A stretch of DNA of 64,000 nucleotides from Abditibacteriaceae bacterium (GCA_965277285.1 OZ255721.1:3616001-3680000); one strand, 5' to 3'. Positions 39,166 to 49,653 are shown, numbered from the stretch's first letter. Notes: generated from the sequence alone by a model not told the origin. Numbers and translations: made by a program.

Positions 39166-40080
39166 ATGTTGATTCGTTCCGAGTTTTCGACTTATAGCGT
39201 GGAAGCGCACGACGACGTTTTGCGCCAGTGGGAGCGCGTGCGCGGCGACAGCGGGCCGCTTTGTCTCGACTTGAGTCGCGCGCATTTTTTCGATCCTTAC
39301 GGAATGTGCGCGCTGGTTTTGTTCATCAATCATCTGCCGCCTGAAACTTTGCCGGTCAAGTTTCTTTTGCCTCACTTTCCACAAGTCGTAACGGACGATA
39401 ACGAGTACTCGAATGGCGCGGTTTCTTATCTCACGCGCATGGGTTTCTGGGAAGAAGTGCACGAGAAACTGGATGCGCGACCCGAACAAATCCCGATTCG
39501 TCCCGCGCGATTGGTTGACAGGAGTGTCTTGCTCGACATCACGATTATGCGTTCGCACGACGCGATTTCGGTCATGCTGCGCAAAACCGGCGAGATTCTG
39601 GAGAACTTAGGGTTTGCGATTACGGCGCGCGGCCACGTTTTGGAAGTGCTTTCTGAATTGTGCTCGAATGTTTTGCTCCATGCGCAAACCGAGTTCGGCG
39701 GCGTGGCGGCGATGCAAACCTACAAAGGAAAAATGGGCGAGCGTTATTTGGTGATGAGCATCGGCGATGCGGGAATCGGCGTGCGTCGCAGTCTGGCAGC
39801 GAATATGGCACTGGCCGAACGTTTGGACAGCGACGCGCAAGCTTTAGGTATCGCGGTGCAAGCGGGCGCTTCTCGTTTTACCAGCGGCGGACACGGCGGC
39901 GGCTTGCCGCGCGTACTCGAAATCGCGCGGCGTTATGGCGGACGCGTCGCTTTTCGTTCGGGACGCGGCGCACTCGCTTTCAACGGCAAAGACGACGAAC
40001 GCCGCGCTTTTGAGTCGTCGCCTTTGAACGGCACGCAACTGCGCATTATGCTGCCTGAAACCAAAATGCACGCGAGTTAA
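39166..40080 (+). CDS. STAS-like + HATPase (anti-sigma-kinase-like) protein
   Basis: LDLSRAHFFDPYG, YLTRMGF, LSELCSNVLLHA, IGDAGIGV, GGGL, GTQLRI.LP. Confidence 0.75.
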   Translation: MLIRSEFSTYSVEAHDDVLRQWERVRGDSGPLCLDLSRAHFFDPYGMCALVLFINHLPPETLPVKFLLPHFPQVVTDDNEYSNGAVSYLTRMGFWEEVHEKLDARPEQIPIRPARLVDRSVLLDITIMRSHDAISVMLRKTGEILENLGFAITARGHVLEVLSELCSNVLLHAQTEFGGVAAMQTYKGKMGERYLVMSIGDAGIGVRRSLAANMALAERLDSDAQALGIAVQAGASRFTSGGHGGGLPRVLEIARRYGGRVAFRSGRGALAFNGKDDERRAFESSPLNGTQLRIMLPETKMHAS

Positions 40081-40145
40081 TCAACGGGAAATCATAGAAA
40101 ATATGACCTTCACAACTTGAGTCAACTATTTGCTTGAAGAGCTAT

Positions 40146-40886
40146 ATGAAAAAGAAATACATACCGAGAAACGTTCGTTTGACGCTTCTGGCAATTTTCG
40201 CGTTTTGGTTTTCCTTTTGGCCACTGTACAACGTTCAACAACAAAGCGAGGCTGAGGTTGCTTACAACTCAGATGAGCTTTTCATCATCGTGGATAACGA
40301 TCTCTTGTTGCATCAAGGCAGCCCGTTCTTCTTCCTACGCGCGCTTTCTTCATCCAAACCATTGAATACAAGGAAAGAGAACTGTTACATCTTTCACTTA
40401 AAAAAGGGCAAACTTACCAAGTTTACCTTTGAAAATGCTGTGGCACCGCAGTTAGCCCTACATGACAATAAGGTCTATCTCCGCGCACTTCCTGAAGATA
40501 AGCAGCCGCGCTTTTTTAGGTGGACGGGCGATACCTTCGAGGCGATCAGCGATGCGGAGAACGTTCACATGGAAGCTGTCGTGAGTGACCGAGGTTCCGA
40601 TACGTTTCAAAATGTGCCAGGTTGGAGTTACGTAAACGCAAATGACGTCTTAGTAACCGCACGAGATTCGACTCAGATTCCCATCAAGCTAAGCAGCGGC
40701 ACATATCAATTTATGATGCGCCAATCTTACTCTCAAGACTGGCAGCGTTATCTTCTTAAAGGAGCGAACTTGCCAGAACAAAGCCAAGAACTTCTTTTTG
40801 TTGATAAGACGCGTAGTACCTTTGTGTCACGAAGTGCATATGGAAAGTACAGCGGTTCAAAGCATTTTGTAGCTTCAATAGGATAG
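40146..40886 (+). CDS. Hypothetical membrane-anchored protein (AT-rich)
   Basis: About 246-aa ORF with N-terminal hydrophobic segment; atypical composition. Confidence 0.65.
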   Translation: MKKKYIPRNVRLTLLAIFAFWFSFWPLYNVQQQSEAEVAYNSDELFIIVDNDLLLHQGSPFFFLRALSSSKPLNTRKENCYIFHLKKGKLTKFTFENAVAPQLALHDNKVYLRALPEDKQPRFFRWTGDTFEAISDAENVHMEAVVSDRGSDTFQNVPGWSYVNANDVLVTARDSTQIPIKLSSGTYQFMMRQSYSQDWQRYLLKGANLPEQSQELLFVDKTRSTFVSRSAYGKYSGSKHFVASIG

Positions 40887-40903
40887 TTATTCTTGAAGAC
40901 TGT

Positions 40904-41881
40904 TTAAGACGAAGTATCGCCGCGCCATTTGGCGACATCTTCGGGGCGATTGGGAACACCGTATTTCCAATAATTGAGATAAAGCTTGAGCATCGTCAGG
41001 CCAGCGCGCAAACCAATTCCCACGACGACAAGCGGAACCGTGAGAACGTTCCAGCCACGCGCGTTATGCTTAATGAAATAGCGCAGCATGGCGGCGTGAT
41101 GACGACGAATCGTGGTGCCTTGAATCCAGTCGCTGCTGGCGCCGATGCGATGCGTGATTTGCGCTTGCGGAATGTACCAACGTTCCCAACCGGCTTCTTT
41201 CATGCGAAAACATAAATCCACGTCTTCGCAATACATGAAGAAACTTTCGTCCCACGCCCCGATTTTATCGAGCGTTTCGCGGCGCACGCACAACGCCGCG
41301 CCAGACAGCCAATCGACTTGGGATTCGCAACTGTGATCGAAATCGAGCATCAAATAATTGCGCGTCCACGGATTACGGGGGAACATTCGCCCCAGAAAAG
41401 TGCTGCGGAAAAGTCCGGTGCCAAAGGTCGGAAACGCGCGACACGATTTCTGCAACGAACCGTCTTCATTCAATAATTTCGGGCCGCACGCGCCACATTG
41501 CGGATGATTGTCGAGAAAATCAATTAAGACATCGAGCGCGCCATCGTGAACAACAGTATCGGGATTGAGGAAGAGCAAATAGCGTCCGCGCGCGAACGGC
41601 AAGGCCGAATTGTTACCGCCCGCGAAACCCAGATTGCGATTGTGCGCGATCAGTTGAATTTGCGGGAATTCGCGCCGCACAGAACGCACGCTTTGGTCGA
41701 TATTGGAATTGTTATCGACAACAATAACTTCGATGCGCCCGCGCCACTCTTGCGAAACAATCGAACGAAGACAGGCCAGCAGATAATCGCGCGCGTTCCA
41801 GTTGAGAATAACGACTGAAAGGTCGATCTCCGGCGCACCGGATGGCGTATTCGAGTACTCGTTGAGCGCGACCAAGGGCAT
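40904..41881 (-). CDS. Glycosyltransferase family 2
   Basis: DLSVVILNWN, VVDNNS, NLGFAGGNN, FLNPD, SGAAL, FFMYCEDVDL. Confidence 0.93.
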   Translation of the reverse strand: MPLVALNEYSNTPSGAPEIDLSVVILNWNARDYLLACLRSIVSQEWRGRIEVIVVDNNSNIDQSVRSVRREFPQIQLIAHNRNLGFAGGNNSALPFARGRYLLFLNPDTVVHDGALDVLIDFLDNHPQCGACGPKLLNEDGSLQKSCRAFPTFGTGLFRSTFLGRMFPRNPWTRNYLMLDFDHSCESQVDWLSGAALCVRRETLDKIGAWDESFFMYCEDVDLCFRMKEAGWERWYIPQAQITHRIGASSDWIQGTTIRRHHAAMLRYFIKHNARGWNVLTVPLVVVGIGLRAGLTMLKLYLNYWKYGVPNRPEDVAKWRGDTSS

Positions 41882-42076
41882 TTAAGTCGCGTCCTGAACG
41901 AGATTTTCTGTTGATGGTTCGACTTTGGTCGCTTCTTCAATCAGCATCACGGGAAACTCGCGGATCGGAAAAAGCAAGCCGTCGCGCGCGCAAAGCAAAC
42001 CGTCGGCGCGTTCTTCCAATTCGCCGTGACATTGCGGACACACCAAAAGTTCTTTCAAAGCGGCGTCAAGTGGCAT
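41882..42076 (-). CDS. Trm112/YcaR (UPF0434) family protein
   Basis: LKELLVCPQCHGEL....LLC....L.FPI...PVMLIEEA; GGAG RBS. Confidence 0.85.
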   Translation of the reverse strand: MPLDAALKELLVCPQCHGELEERADGLLCARDGLLFPIREFPVMLIEEATKVEPSTENLVQDAT

Positions 42077-42187
42077 CAGAAATCTCCGAAATAAGGGATG
42101 GAAACCGCGCTTATTTTAGCACGTTCGCGCGTGGCAAAAGCGCATCGCTGTTCCTTCTGACCGCGCGGCTTGTTACAGTACTCGATT

Positions 42188-42976
42188 GTGAATCAATCTT
42201 CTTTCGATGTTTTGCTTCCTGCGGGTGGGCGCATTCCCGAAGCGTGGGCCAAAAAAGCTGGTTCAGAAATAAAAACGCTGTTGACTTTCCACGACGAAAC
42301 GATTCTGCATCGCACCATCCGCATCTTGCGCGCAACTGATGGCATCGGTCGCATCGTCGTCATCGGGCCTGCGGAACTCCAAGAAGAAGCCCGCGACGCC
42401 AATGTCTTAATTCCCGAAGGCGCGACCGGCCCCGCTAACATTTTTCGCGGCTTGCAATGGTTGCAGGAAAACGATGAGGCCAATCGAGTACTCGATCATC
42501 GCGTGTTGGTGATGACCACCGATTTGCCCTTTGTGACTTCTCAAGCGATTCAGCAGTTCCTCGAAGCGTGCCCGCCAGAAACCGATATTTGCGTCCCGAT
42601 TGTCGAACGCGCGTCCTTTGAACAACGCTTTCCTGCGGCATCTGGTTTCTGGGTGCCTTTGGGCGGTCAACAATGGACTTTGGCGTGTGCTTTTTTGCTG
42701 CGTGTCGAATCAATGGTGCAAAGCCGCGCGCACATCGAGCGCATTTTCGCGGCGCGCAAAAGCCAATTGCAAATGGCGCGCTTGCTCGGCCCAATGTTTA
42801 TCGCGCGTTTGGTGACGAAACGCTTGACCATCGCGCATATTCAAAATCGTTGCGAATCGGTGTTAGGTTGTCGCGGACAAGTTATCGAAAACGCCGCGCC
42901 CGAACTCGCATTCGACATCGACGACGAAATCGCTTATCGTTACGCGATGCAGCACACCAACGAACCCGAAGCGTAA
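42188..42976 (+). CDS. MobA-like NTP transferase
   Basis: VLLPAGG....K.LL, TTDLPF, DID motifs; GTG start inferred from a leaderless-type -10. Confidence 0.8.
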   Translation: MNQSSFDVLLPAGGRIPEAWAKKAGSEIKTLLTFHDETILHRTIRILRATDGIGRIVVIGPAELQEEARDANVLIPEGATGPANIFRGLQWLQENDEANRVLDHRVLVMTTDLPFVTSQAIQQFLEACPPETDICVPIVERASFEQRFPAASGFWVPLGGQQWTLACAFLLRVESMVQSRAHIERIFAARKSQLQMARLLGPMFIARLVTKRLTIAHIQNRCESVLGCRGQVIENAAPELAFDIDDEIAYRYAMQHTNEPEA

Positions 42977-43027
42977 GCGAGGAAGTTCACACAAATTATC
43001 TCCCTCGCTTACGCTTCGGGTTCGTTG
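42958..43027. repeat. REP-like perfect inverted repeat (25-bp arms) that supplies the stop codon of the NTP transferase
   Basis: CAACGAACCCGAAGCGTAAGCGAGG / CCTCGCTTACGCTTCGGGTTCGTTG. Confidence 0.85.
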
Positions 43028-43060
43028 ATTCAGGTTCGGTGGTTTCAGGAAACTTAATTT

Positions 43061-44437
43061 ATGATTCGCAATCCTTCGACGCGCGATTACGTGGGCATCT
43101 CGATTTTCTGGCTGGCGGTTTCGTTTTTCTGGGGCGCGCTTCTTTACAGCGTTTTGCAATCGCGCGTGCAAAGCTTTGTCGAAATCGAGTACTCGAAAGC
43201 GCATCCGACCTACATTGCACCGACAACGCCGGCCAAAGACGGCGTGGAAGCGCCCGCGCAAAAAGAAATCGAAGCCTTACAAGCGAGCAAGTTGAGTTGG
43301 CTGTTGGGAATCGGCGCGCTAATTTCGATGGTCACGCAACTGGTTTTCGGTGCTCTCTCCGATAACACGCGCAGCCGCTGGGGACGACGTAAACCGTTTC
43401 TGGTCGCGGGAACGTTGCTCGCCAGTCTGGGCGTGTTCGCGTTTCCCTACGCGCACAATTACGCGCAACTTTTTGCGGTCTTCTTATGGATTCAAGTCTT
43501 TATCAACGTCGCATCGGGACCATATTCGGCTTTGCTGCCCGACTTGATTCCCTTTGAATATCATGGGAAAGCCTCGGCGTTCATGGGATTCCTGCAACTT
43601 ATCGGACGCACCGGCGGCATGGTTGCGGGCGCCAAAGCCTTGCAAACGGACAACCTGCTGCTTTTAACGATTTCGTTTTTGGTTTTGCTGAACGGCTTGA
43701 TGTTGACAACCGCGCTGATGACGCACGAAAACCCGACAAACAACAAATCGAGTACGGGAAGTTTCGCGCACACGCTGACCGGCATTTTTCGCGTCGATTT
43801 GCACGGACACAGCAGCTTTGTGTGGGTTTTGGTGTCGCGCTTTGTGATCAATACGGGCGTTTATACGATTTTGCCGTTTCTGCTTTATTATCTGATGAAT
43901 TGTTACGGCCTGACCAAGAACGACGCGCTGGGACAACTGGTGATTATCGCGCTTCTGGTCAACTTTATGGGCTTGCTCGCAACATTTCCCGCGGGTTTGG
44001 TCAGCGACCGCACCTCGAAAAAGAACGTGATTTACGCGACATGCGTGTTGTGTGTAGCGGGCGGTTTGGGATTTGTGTTCTCGCACTCGATCACCTTCGC
44101 CCTGGTTGCGGCGGGCGTTTTCGGCCTGGGTTACGGCGCGTTTTCGGCGGTCGATTGGGCGCTGGTTTGTAACGTGTTACCCGAAGGTGAACCCGCTAAA
44201 TATATGGGTTTGTGGAGTTGCGCCGATACGATTCCGCAAATCGTGGCGCCGTTCATGGGTAGCGCCGTCGCCGCCTGGACGATTGCGCATTACAACGCGT
44301 CCGTTGGCTACCGCGCCGTCATGTTCACCGCAATTGTATGGTTCGTGCTGGGCACGTTTTTCATTCGTTTCGTGAAAGAACGCGGCAGTCAAAATGTAGA
44401 AAACGTCGCGCCGGATGTCATCGCGGAAGTGGTTTGA
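43061..44437 (+). CDS. MFS transporter
   Basis: GALSDNTRSRWGRRKPF, ALLPDL, GLVSDRTSKK, AVDWAL; about 12 TM helices. Confidence 0.92.
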   Translation: MIRNPSTRDYVGISIFWLAVSFFWGALLYSVLQSRVQSFVEIEYSKAHPTYIAPTTPAKDGVEAPAQKEIEALQASKLSWLLGIGALISMVTQLVFGALSDNTRSRWGRRKPFLVAGTLLASLGVFAFPYAHNYAQLFAVFLWIQVFINVASGPYSALLPDLIPFEYHGKASAFMGFLQLIGRTGGMVAGAKALQTDNLLLLTISFLVLLNGLMLTTALMTHENPTNNKSSTGSFAHTLTGIFRVDLHGHSSFVWVLVSRFVINTGVYTILPFLLYYLMNCYGLTKNDALGQLVIIALLVNFMGLLATFPAGLVSDRTSKKNVIYATCVLCVAGGLGFVFSHSITFALVAAGVFGLGYGAFSAVDWALVCNVLPEGEPAKYMGLWSCADTIPQIVAPFMGSAVAAWTIAHYNASVGYRAVMFTAIVWFVLGTFFIRFVKERGSQNVENVAPDVIAEVV

Positions 44438-44454
44438 AATTGAGGATTGTCGAA

Positions 44455-44850
44455 ATGGCGCGTTATTGGAAGGAAAAGTTAGACGTTGAAAAACACGTAG
44501 ATTACATGAAGACATATCATGTTGGTGGTTTTTCCGTCGGTGATTTCATTGGCGCGCCATTGCGCGATAATCTCAACGAGCATTGGGTTTATTTTATTCA
44601 TGTTTGCTCGTTTACATTCCACTTCCAATCGCTGCGACAAATAGAAGAATATCTCGGGTATTTCTCACAGAAGATTCATCCCAGTTCGATGGTGCCGAAT
44701 GTGAACCTGGAGCATTATTGGCAAAACTGGCAACAGAGATTTCCCTATTGGCTGTTTGAAGAGCCGAAACGCAAGCGTGTTGTTCAGGCTTTGCAAAGAG
44801 CTTCGAACTCCTTCGAGAAGCAAGCGAAGGCTTCATCTATAAATAGCTGA
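44455..44850 (+). CDS. Hypothetical protein (AT-rich)
   Basis: GAGGA RBS; 131-aa ORF with V.VCSFTF.F.S..QI.EY..YFS.KIHPSS and WQ..FP.WLF. Confidence 0.65.
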   Translation: MARYWKEKLDVEKHVDYMKTYHVGGFSVGDFIGAPLRDNLNEHWVYFIHVCSFTFHFQSLRQIEEYLGYFSQKIHPSSMVPNVNLEHYWQNWQQRFPYWLFEEPKRKRVVQALQRASNSFEKQAKASSINS

Positions 44851-44894
44851 CAATCGAGATATACCAAGCTACAAGTTCGGGGTTCTGGAATGTA

Positions 44895-45145
44895 TCTTAT
44901 TTGTCGGGTTCGGCTAAAATGGCGAAGTCTGTGTTACGGCTAAACTCCGCCGCGCCGCAAAATATCCGTCCTTAAGGGCACCGGCCTGACTGCCCATCAG
45001 CAAGGCTTGCACGCCATTCGTCCGCATCGAAGAAAGGACTTTGCGTATCGGGTTCGGGATCAAGCGAGCCTCCAAGTGCCAGATAAGCCGCCCATTCCGC
45101 GTCGCACACGTCGTCAGGTTGCAATTGTTTCGGTTGTTCGCTCAT
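44895..45145 (-). pseudogene. Decayed two-gene remnant: small protein overlapping a nucleotidyltransferase-like N-terminus
   Basis: Manual translation: ATG 45145 (GAGGA RBS) MSEQPKQLQPDDVCDAEWAAYLALGGSLDPEPDTQSPFFDADEWR..stop; overlapping frame LIPNPIRKVLSSMRTNGVQALLMGSQA then, after a frameshift, FCGAAEFSRNTDFAIL..stop, which resembles a pol-beta NTase G..A....G....DxD start. Confidence 0.4.
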
Positions 45146-45198
45146 AAGTCCTCATTTTGGCAATCGAGTACTCGATTGTGCTGTGTTGACGAACGCGT

Positions 45199-45732
45199 TC
45201 AATCCATGGAAAGTAGCATGATTTGCTGTGCGGCTACGGCTTCGGCAAAAAAACGCACGATGAACGAATAAGTGTTCAACAGGATTTCCCAATCATCGTC
45301 TGATTCATCCGTCCAATTATCTTCTTGCGCGTAGATTTCGACATCGCCGCGCGCCTCGAAATTCGCGCGCAATATACTTTCGGGCGTTTGCGCCAAGGCT
45401 TGCGAGATTTCCTGCACTTCTGTAGGCGTTAAGAAACGAATAGGGCCGTAGCTACATTCCCATTCAGTCGGCGTGCCGCCCATCACGACTTTGTGTAGAG
45501 GCGACGCGTTTTCGCTGCCAAACTCGATTTCGCCGGTTAGCAAATAATGAATCGCCTCCCACTCTTTTTCGATGCGCAAACGTGTTGCAGATGAATCAAA
45601 ATCATCATTGTAAACGCTCATGCCGTCGTACGCGTGTTCGCCGTAGAAAAACTCTTGCGTGGCCTCGGAATCAATTTTCAATTCCTCAAACTTCGCGGGC
45701 GATAAACGCCGATAGCTCATTGTGATGCTCAT
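45199..45732 (-). CDS. DUF1877/YfbM family protein
   Basis: IEKEWEAIHYLLTG, YGPIRFLTP.EV.EI..AL, FF.EA; AGGAG RBS. Confidence 0.85.
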   Translation of the reverse strand: MSITMSYRRLSPAKFEELKIDSEATQEFFYGEHAYDGMSVYNDDFDSSATRLRIEKEWEAIHYLLTGEIEFGSENASPLHKVVMGGTPTEWECSYGPIRFLTPTEVQEISQALAQTPESILRANFEARGDVEIYAQEDNWTDESDDDWEILLNTYSFIVRFFAEAVAAQQIMLLSMD

Positions 45733-45815
45733 CAATTTCTCCTTTGTCGGTTGATTCTAACTCTTCTATCACAGAATTAAAAAGCTCGATGCACGAATAC
45801 TTTATACTTCTAACT

Positions 45816-47150
45816 GTGACTTTTCCCTCTAATCGAGTACTCGATCTTCAATCGGCTGCCGCGCAAACGCCTTTGTTTCGCAAAGTGCGCGAAGTGGCGC
45901 GTGTTTGTGCCGCTCGTGGCGGGCGCGCGTTGGTTGTCGGCGGTTGGGTGCGCGATGCGTTGTTGGGTTTGAATCCCAAAGATGCGGATGTGGAAGTTTA
46001 TGGTTTGCAGCCCGAAGAATTGCGGCGTGCTTTGCAGAAATTGGGGCGCGTCGGTTGCGTCGGCGAAAGTTTTCGCGTTTACAAATTGACGTGGCACGAA
46101 GACAAACTTCGTCACGAACTCGATGTCTCAATTCCACGCCGCGACCGCAAAACCTCAAGCGGACACAAAGGTTTTGAAATCGAAGGCGATCCGTTTGCCA
46201 GCGTTGAAGACGCCGCGCGTCGCCGCGATTTTTCGCTGAATGCGATTTTATGCGATCCATTAACCGGCGAAATTCTCGACCCGTTTGAAGGACAAAACGA
46301 TTTGCAGCACCGAACTTTGCGCGCGGTGGATGCCCAACATTTCGGCGAAGATTCGTTGCGCGTTTTGCGTGCTATGCAGTTCGCCGCAAGGTTCGATTTG
46401 GAAGTGGACGAACAAACCACGCAAATCTGTCGCGCCATTGATTTGCGCGATTTGCCGCGCGAACGCGTTTGGGGCGAATGGGAAAAATTGTTGCTGTCGA
46501 AAAATCCAGCGCGCGGTTTGCTTGTCGCGCAACAACTTCGAGGACTCGAACAACTTTTCCCGTACCTCGAAATCGCCTTGCAACGTCGTGGCAAAATGTT
46601 GTGTTCGGCTTTGGACAACGCGGCAAACGAGAAAAACGTGTTGGACAAGCCGCGCCAAATCGCCTTGATGTTGGCGACCATCGGCAGTTTTGTGGGTTGG
46701 AAGAGCACGAAGCAATTCTTAGATGACTTGAATATTTACACGTTGGACGGCTACGACATTCGCAAAAACGTGGTGCTTTTAGTTGGTGAACGCAAACGCG
46801 CGCGCGATTGGTTTCGGCGCGAAGAAAACGGCAATCGAGTACTCGATAAAGAATTTCGCTGGCTCAGTGCGCGCGTTCAGCCGCGAATGGTTTATCATTT
46901 GAATCGCGCGCGTGGCGATGTCGAAGCGGCGGAATGGTTCTGGAATCGTGTGTGTGAACTGGGCGTTGAAGACGCGCCGCCCGCGCCGCTGTTGATGGGA
47001 CGGCATCTTTTGGAAATGGGATTGAAGCCTGGCCCACAAATCGGCCAAATCACGCAAACCGTTTATGCTGCGCAACTGGCGGGCGAACTTTCGACTTTAG
47101 AAGAAGCGAAAGCGTGCGCAATTCGAGTACTCGAATGCGCAAACATTTAG
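45816..47150 (+). CDS. cca: CCA-adding/poly(A) polymerase family tRNA nucleotidyltransferase
   Basis: VGGWVRDALLG..PKDADVE, RRDFSLNA, F.EDSLRVLRAMQFAARF, ERVWGEWEKLL, G.KPGP.IG; start inferred. Confidence 0.88.
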   Translation: MTFPSNRVLDLQSAAAQTPLFRKVREVARVCAARGGRALVVGGWVRDALLGLNPKDADVEVYGLQPEELRRALQKLGRVGCVGESFRVYKLTWHEDKLRHELDVSIPRRDRKTSSGHKGFEIEGDPFASVEDAARRRDFSLNAILCDPLTGEILDPFEGQNDLQHRTLRAVDAQHFGEDSLRVLRAMQFAARFDLEVDEQTTQICRAIDLRDLPRERVWGEWEKLLLSKNPARGLLVAQQLRGLEQLFPYLEIALQRRGKMLCSALDNAANEKNVLDKPRQIALMLATIGSFVGWKSTKQFLDDLNIYTLDGYDIRKNVVLLVGERKRARDWFRREENGNRVLDKEFRWLSARVQPRMVYHLNRARGDVEAAEWFWNRVCELGVEDAPPAPLLMGRHLLEMGLKPGPQIGQITQTVYAAQLAGELSTLEEAKACAIRVLECANI

Positions 47151-47202
47151 TTCAGTGGAAATAAATTATGGTGGCGGTTCAATCGGGTTCGCCAAGCTCA
47201 AT

Positions 47203-48108
47203 TTACAAGCGCAGCCAGTTTTCGGGAACGACATCGGAATAATCTTTGTCGTCGTTGAACCAGATGCGCGGTGCGTAAACGCGCTTGTGCGGATCGGGAT
47301 TGAGCCACGCGCCCCACCAACTGAAAGTGCTGTTGGCGATGATGTGATGACGGCAACTTTTCATCAAGTGCAATTCTTCAACGTCAGTGAGAACGCCGTC
47401 TTCATTGACGTAAACCATGCGATGCGGCGATTGAAAATGCTGTTTGACCCACGCCACATCGTCGCTGAAAACGTAAAACGTCGCGTCTTCGACGTGTTGC
47501 GCCATGTCTTTTACAGCATTCTGATAATAATCCAGCGGATTGCGCATCTCGAATTTGTTCAATCCGACATAATCGCCGCGCCGAAAATGAACGGAAACGG
47601 CGCGCGTTCGACCAATCTTTTCCAGTACTCGATCGGTGTTTTTCAGATATTCGGCTTTGATTTGCAGGTCGCGCCGGATGGTCGATTCGATGCCGAGAAA
47701 ATACTTTTCGCTTTGCCAGAAACCTATCAGACGAACCGGCGCTTCGAGATCGAGAAGCGCGGCATCGAAGCGCGGACTTTTTTCCCAGAACAAAGGCGCC
47801 GAAACCAAAGGCCGTCGCCACAAGCGAGAACGCAACTGGCGCGCGACGCGGCGTGCCAGACTTCTCTGGGCTGGCGGCAATTTGAAATGCGAGCGCATCT
47901 CTGTTTCCGCCGATGAAGCGAAGTTCAAGTCGTCGATTTCCCGACAATCGACATTGAAGTGGAATAATTGCGGATGCCGCTGCCGATGACATTGGAACAA
48001 TCCGTAATCGACGGTCAACGTTTCGTTGTTGCGCATGGCGAGATGTTTTCCAACGGCATATTGAAAAAGCTGATTGCCCAAACCGCCAACGATGCAAGAA
48101 ATAATCAT
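47203..48108 (-). CDS. Alpha-1,2-fucosyltransferase (GT11)
   Basis: GGLGNQLFQYA, GFWQSEKYF, HFRRGDY, FSDD, IIANSTFSWWGAWL. Confidence 0.93.
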   Translation of the reverse strand: MIISCIVGGLGNQLFQYAVGKHLAMRNNETLTVDYGLFQCHRQRHPQLFHFNVDCREIDDLNFASSAETEMRSHFKLPPAQRSLARRVARQLRSRLWRRPLVSAPLFWEKSPRFDAALLDLEAPVRLIGFWQSEKYFLGIESTIRRDLQIKAEYLKNTDRVLEKIGRTRAVSVHFRRGDYVGLNKFEMRNPLDYYQNAVKDMAQHVEDATFYVFSDDVAWVKQHFQSPHRMVYVNEDGVLTDVEELHLMKSCRHHIIANSTFSWWGAWLNPDPHKRVYAPRIWFNDDKDYSDVVPENWLRL

Positions 48109-48187
48109 AAACTGTCCATCACTCAAAAGAACGTCTTCGATGGTAACACTTTCAGGCACATCGAGTACTCGATTCAAGATAACTCAA

Positions 48188-49546
48188 ATGCGAAATCTTT
48201 CAATTATTGGCGGCGGTTTGGCGGGTTGCGAAGCCGCGTGGCAAGCCGCGCAAAACGGCGCGCAAGTCGTGCTGTATGAAATGCGTCCGACGCGGCAAAC
48301 CAAAGTGCACCAAACCGGCGACCTGGCCGAACTGGTTTGCTCCAATTCGCTGAAATCGAACTTGTTGGACAAAGCAAGCGGACTTCTCAAATGGGAAATG
48401 CGGCAATTGGATTCGCTTCTTATTCGCTGCGCCGACGAAAGTTCGGTCAATGCCGGAAGCGCGCTCGCCGTTGACCGCATCAAGTTCGCGCAACTGATTA
48501 CACAACGTTTGGAAGCGCATCCCAGTATCGAAATTCGGCGCGAGGAAGTGACGCAAATTCCCGAAACGCCGTGCATTGTGGCGTCGGGGCCGCTGACTTC
48601 CGAAGCGTTAGCGGACAGCATTAATCGAGTACTCGATGGCGAGTTTCTCAACTTCTTCGATGCGGTTTCGCCGATTGTCGACGCCGATACATTGGATTAC
48701 GAAACGTTGTTTCTCGCCTCGCGCTACGAAAAAGGCGAAGCGGCGTATTGGAACGCGGCGCTTTCAGAAGAAAAATACGACGAATTGCGCGAGGCGATTT
48801 TGTCGGCGGAACTTGCGGAAAGTCACAACGAAGACGACGTGCCGTATTTTGAAAGCTGTCTGCCGATTGAAGAACTGGCGCGGCGCGGGCGTTTGACGAT
48901 GCGTTATGGCGCGTTGCGCGGCGCCGGCTTGACCGACCCGGAAACCGGACGCTGGCCGTTCGCCTGCGTGCAATTGCGCTCCGAAAACGTGGAAAACACG
49001 ATGTATAACCTGGTCGGCTTTCAAACGCGCTTGAAGTGGCCGGAACAAACGCGTATTTTGCGCTTGATTCCTGGCCTGCAAAACGTCGAAATTGTGCGCT
49101 TTGGTGTGATTCACAAAAATATTTTTATCAATTCGCCGCAGGTTTTGCGCGCGACGTTTCAATCGAAGATGCGCGACGATTTGTTCTTCGCCGGACAACT
49201 GACGGGCGTTGAAGGTTACGTCGAAAGCGCGGCGGCGGGACTTATGGCGGGAATCAACGCCGGTCGAATACTTGATGGGCGCCAAGCCTTAATTTTTCCA
49301 CGCGAAACCGTTTTAGGTTCGCTGTCTCATTATATTACGCAAGCCGATGCGAAACATTTTCAGCCAATGAACTCGAACTGGGCGTTGATGGCACCGCCCG
49401 AAAGTTGGTCGGACACGATGCCCAATGGCAAGAAACGCAAGGTCAGCAAAGATCAAAAAGCCGAACATTTTGTGACGAGTTCGCAGCAAACGTTGCAGAA
49501 CTTCATTGAAGAAAACCAGTTGCAACGTCAAAATGCGACGGTTTGA
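48188..49546 (+). CDS. trmFO: FADH2/methylene-THF tRNA (uracil-54) methyltransferase
   Basis: IIGGGLAGCEAAWQ, YEMRP, AELVCSNSL, ALAVDR, YFESCLPIE, GFQTRLKW.EQ, GQLTGVEGY.ES, FQPMN.N. Confidence 0.97.
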   Translation: MRNLSIIGGGLAGCEAAWQAAQNGAQVVLYEMRPTRQTKVHQTGDLAELVCSNSLKSNLLDKASGLLKWEMRQLDSLLIRCADESSVNAGSALAVDRIKFAQLITQRLEAHPSIEIRREEVTQIPETPCIVASGPLTSEALADSINRVLDGEFLNFFDAVSPIVDADTLDYETLFLASRYEKGEAAYWNAALSEEKYDELREAILSAELAESHNEDDVPYFESCLPIEELARRGRLTMRYGALRGAGLTDPETGRWPFACVQLRSENVENTMYNLVGFQTRLKWPEQTRILRLIPGLQNVEIVRFGVIHKNIFINSPQVLRATFQSKMRDDLFFAGQLTGVEGYVESAAAGLMAGINAGRILDGRQALIFPRETVLGSLSHYITQADAKHFQPMNSNWALMAPPESWSDTMPNGKKRKVSKDQKAEHFVTSSQQTLQNFIEENQLQRQNATV

Positions 49547-49552
49547 ACGTTC

Positions 49553-49640
49553 GTAGAGCGCACGGCGTGCGTCCGTTAGTGGCAATGTTCACGGCGTTTG
49601 GGAAAGCGCAATGCTCAGGGCGCACGCCGTGCGCTCCCAC
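49553..49640. repeat. GTAG-type REP doublet (degenerate)
   Basis: GTAGAGCGCACGGCGTGCGTCC ... GGGCGCACGCCGTGCGCTCCCAC. Confidence 0.6.
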
Positions 49641-49653
49641 CTCAAAACTTCAA

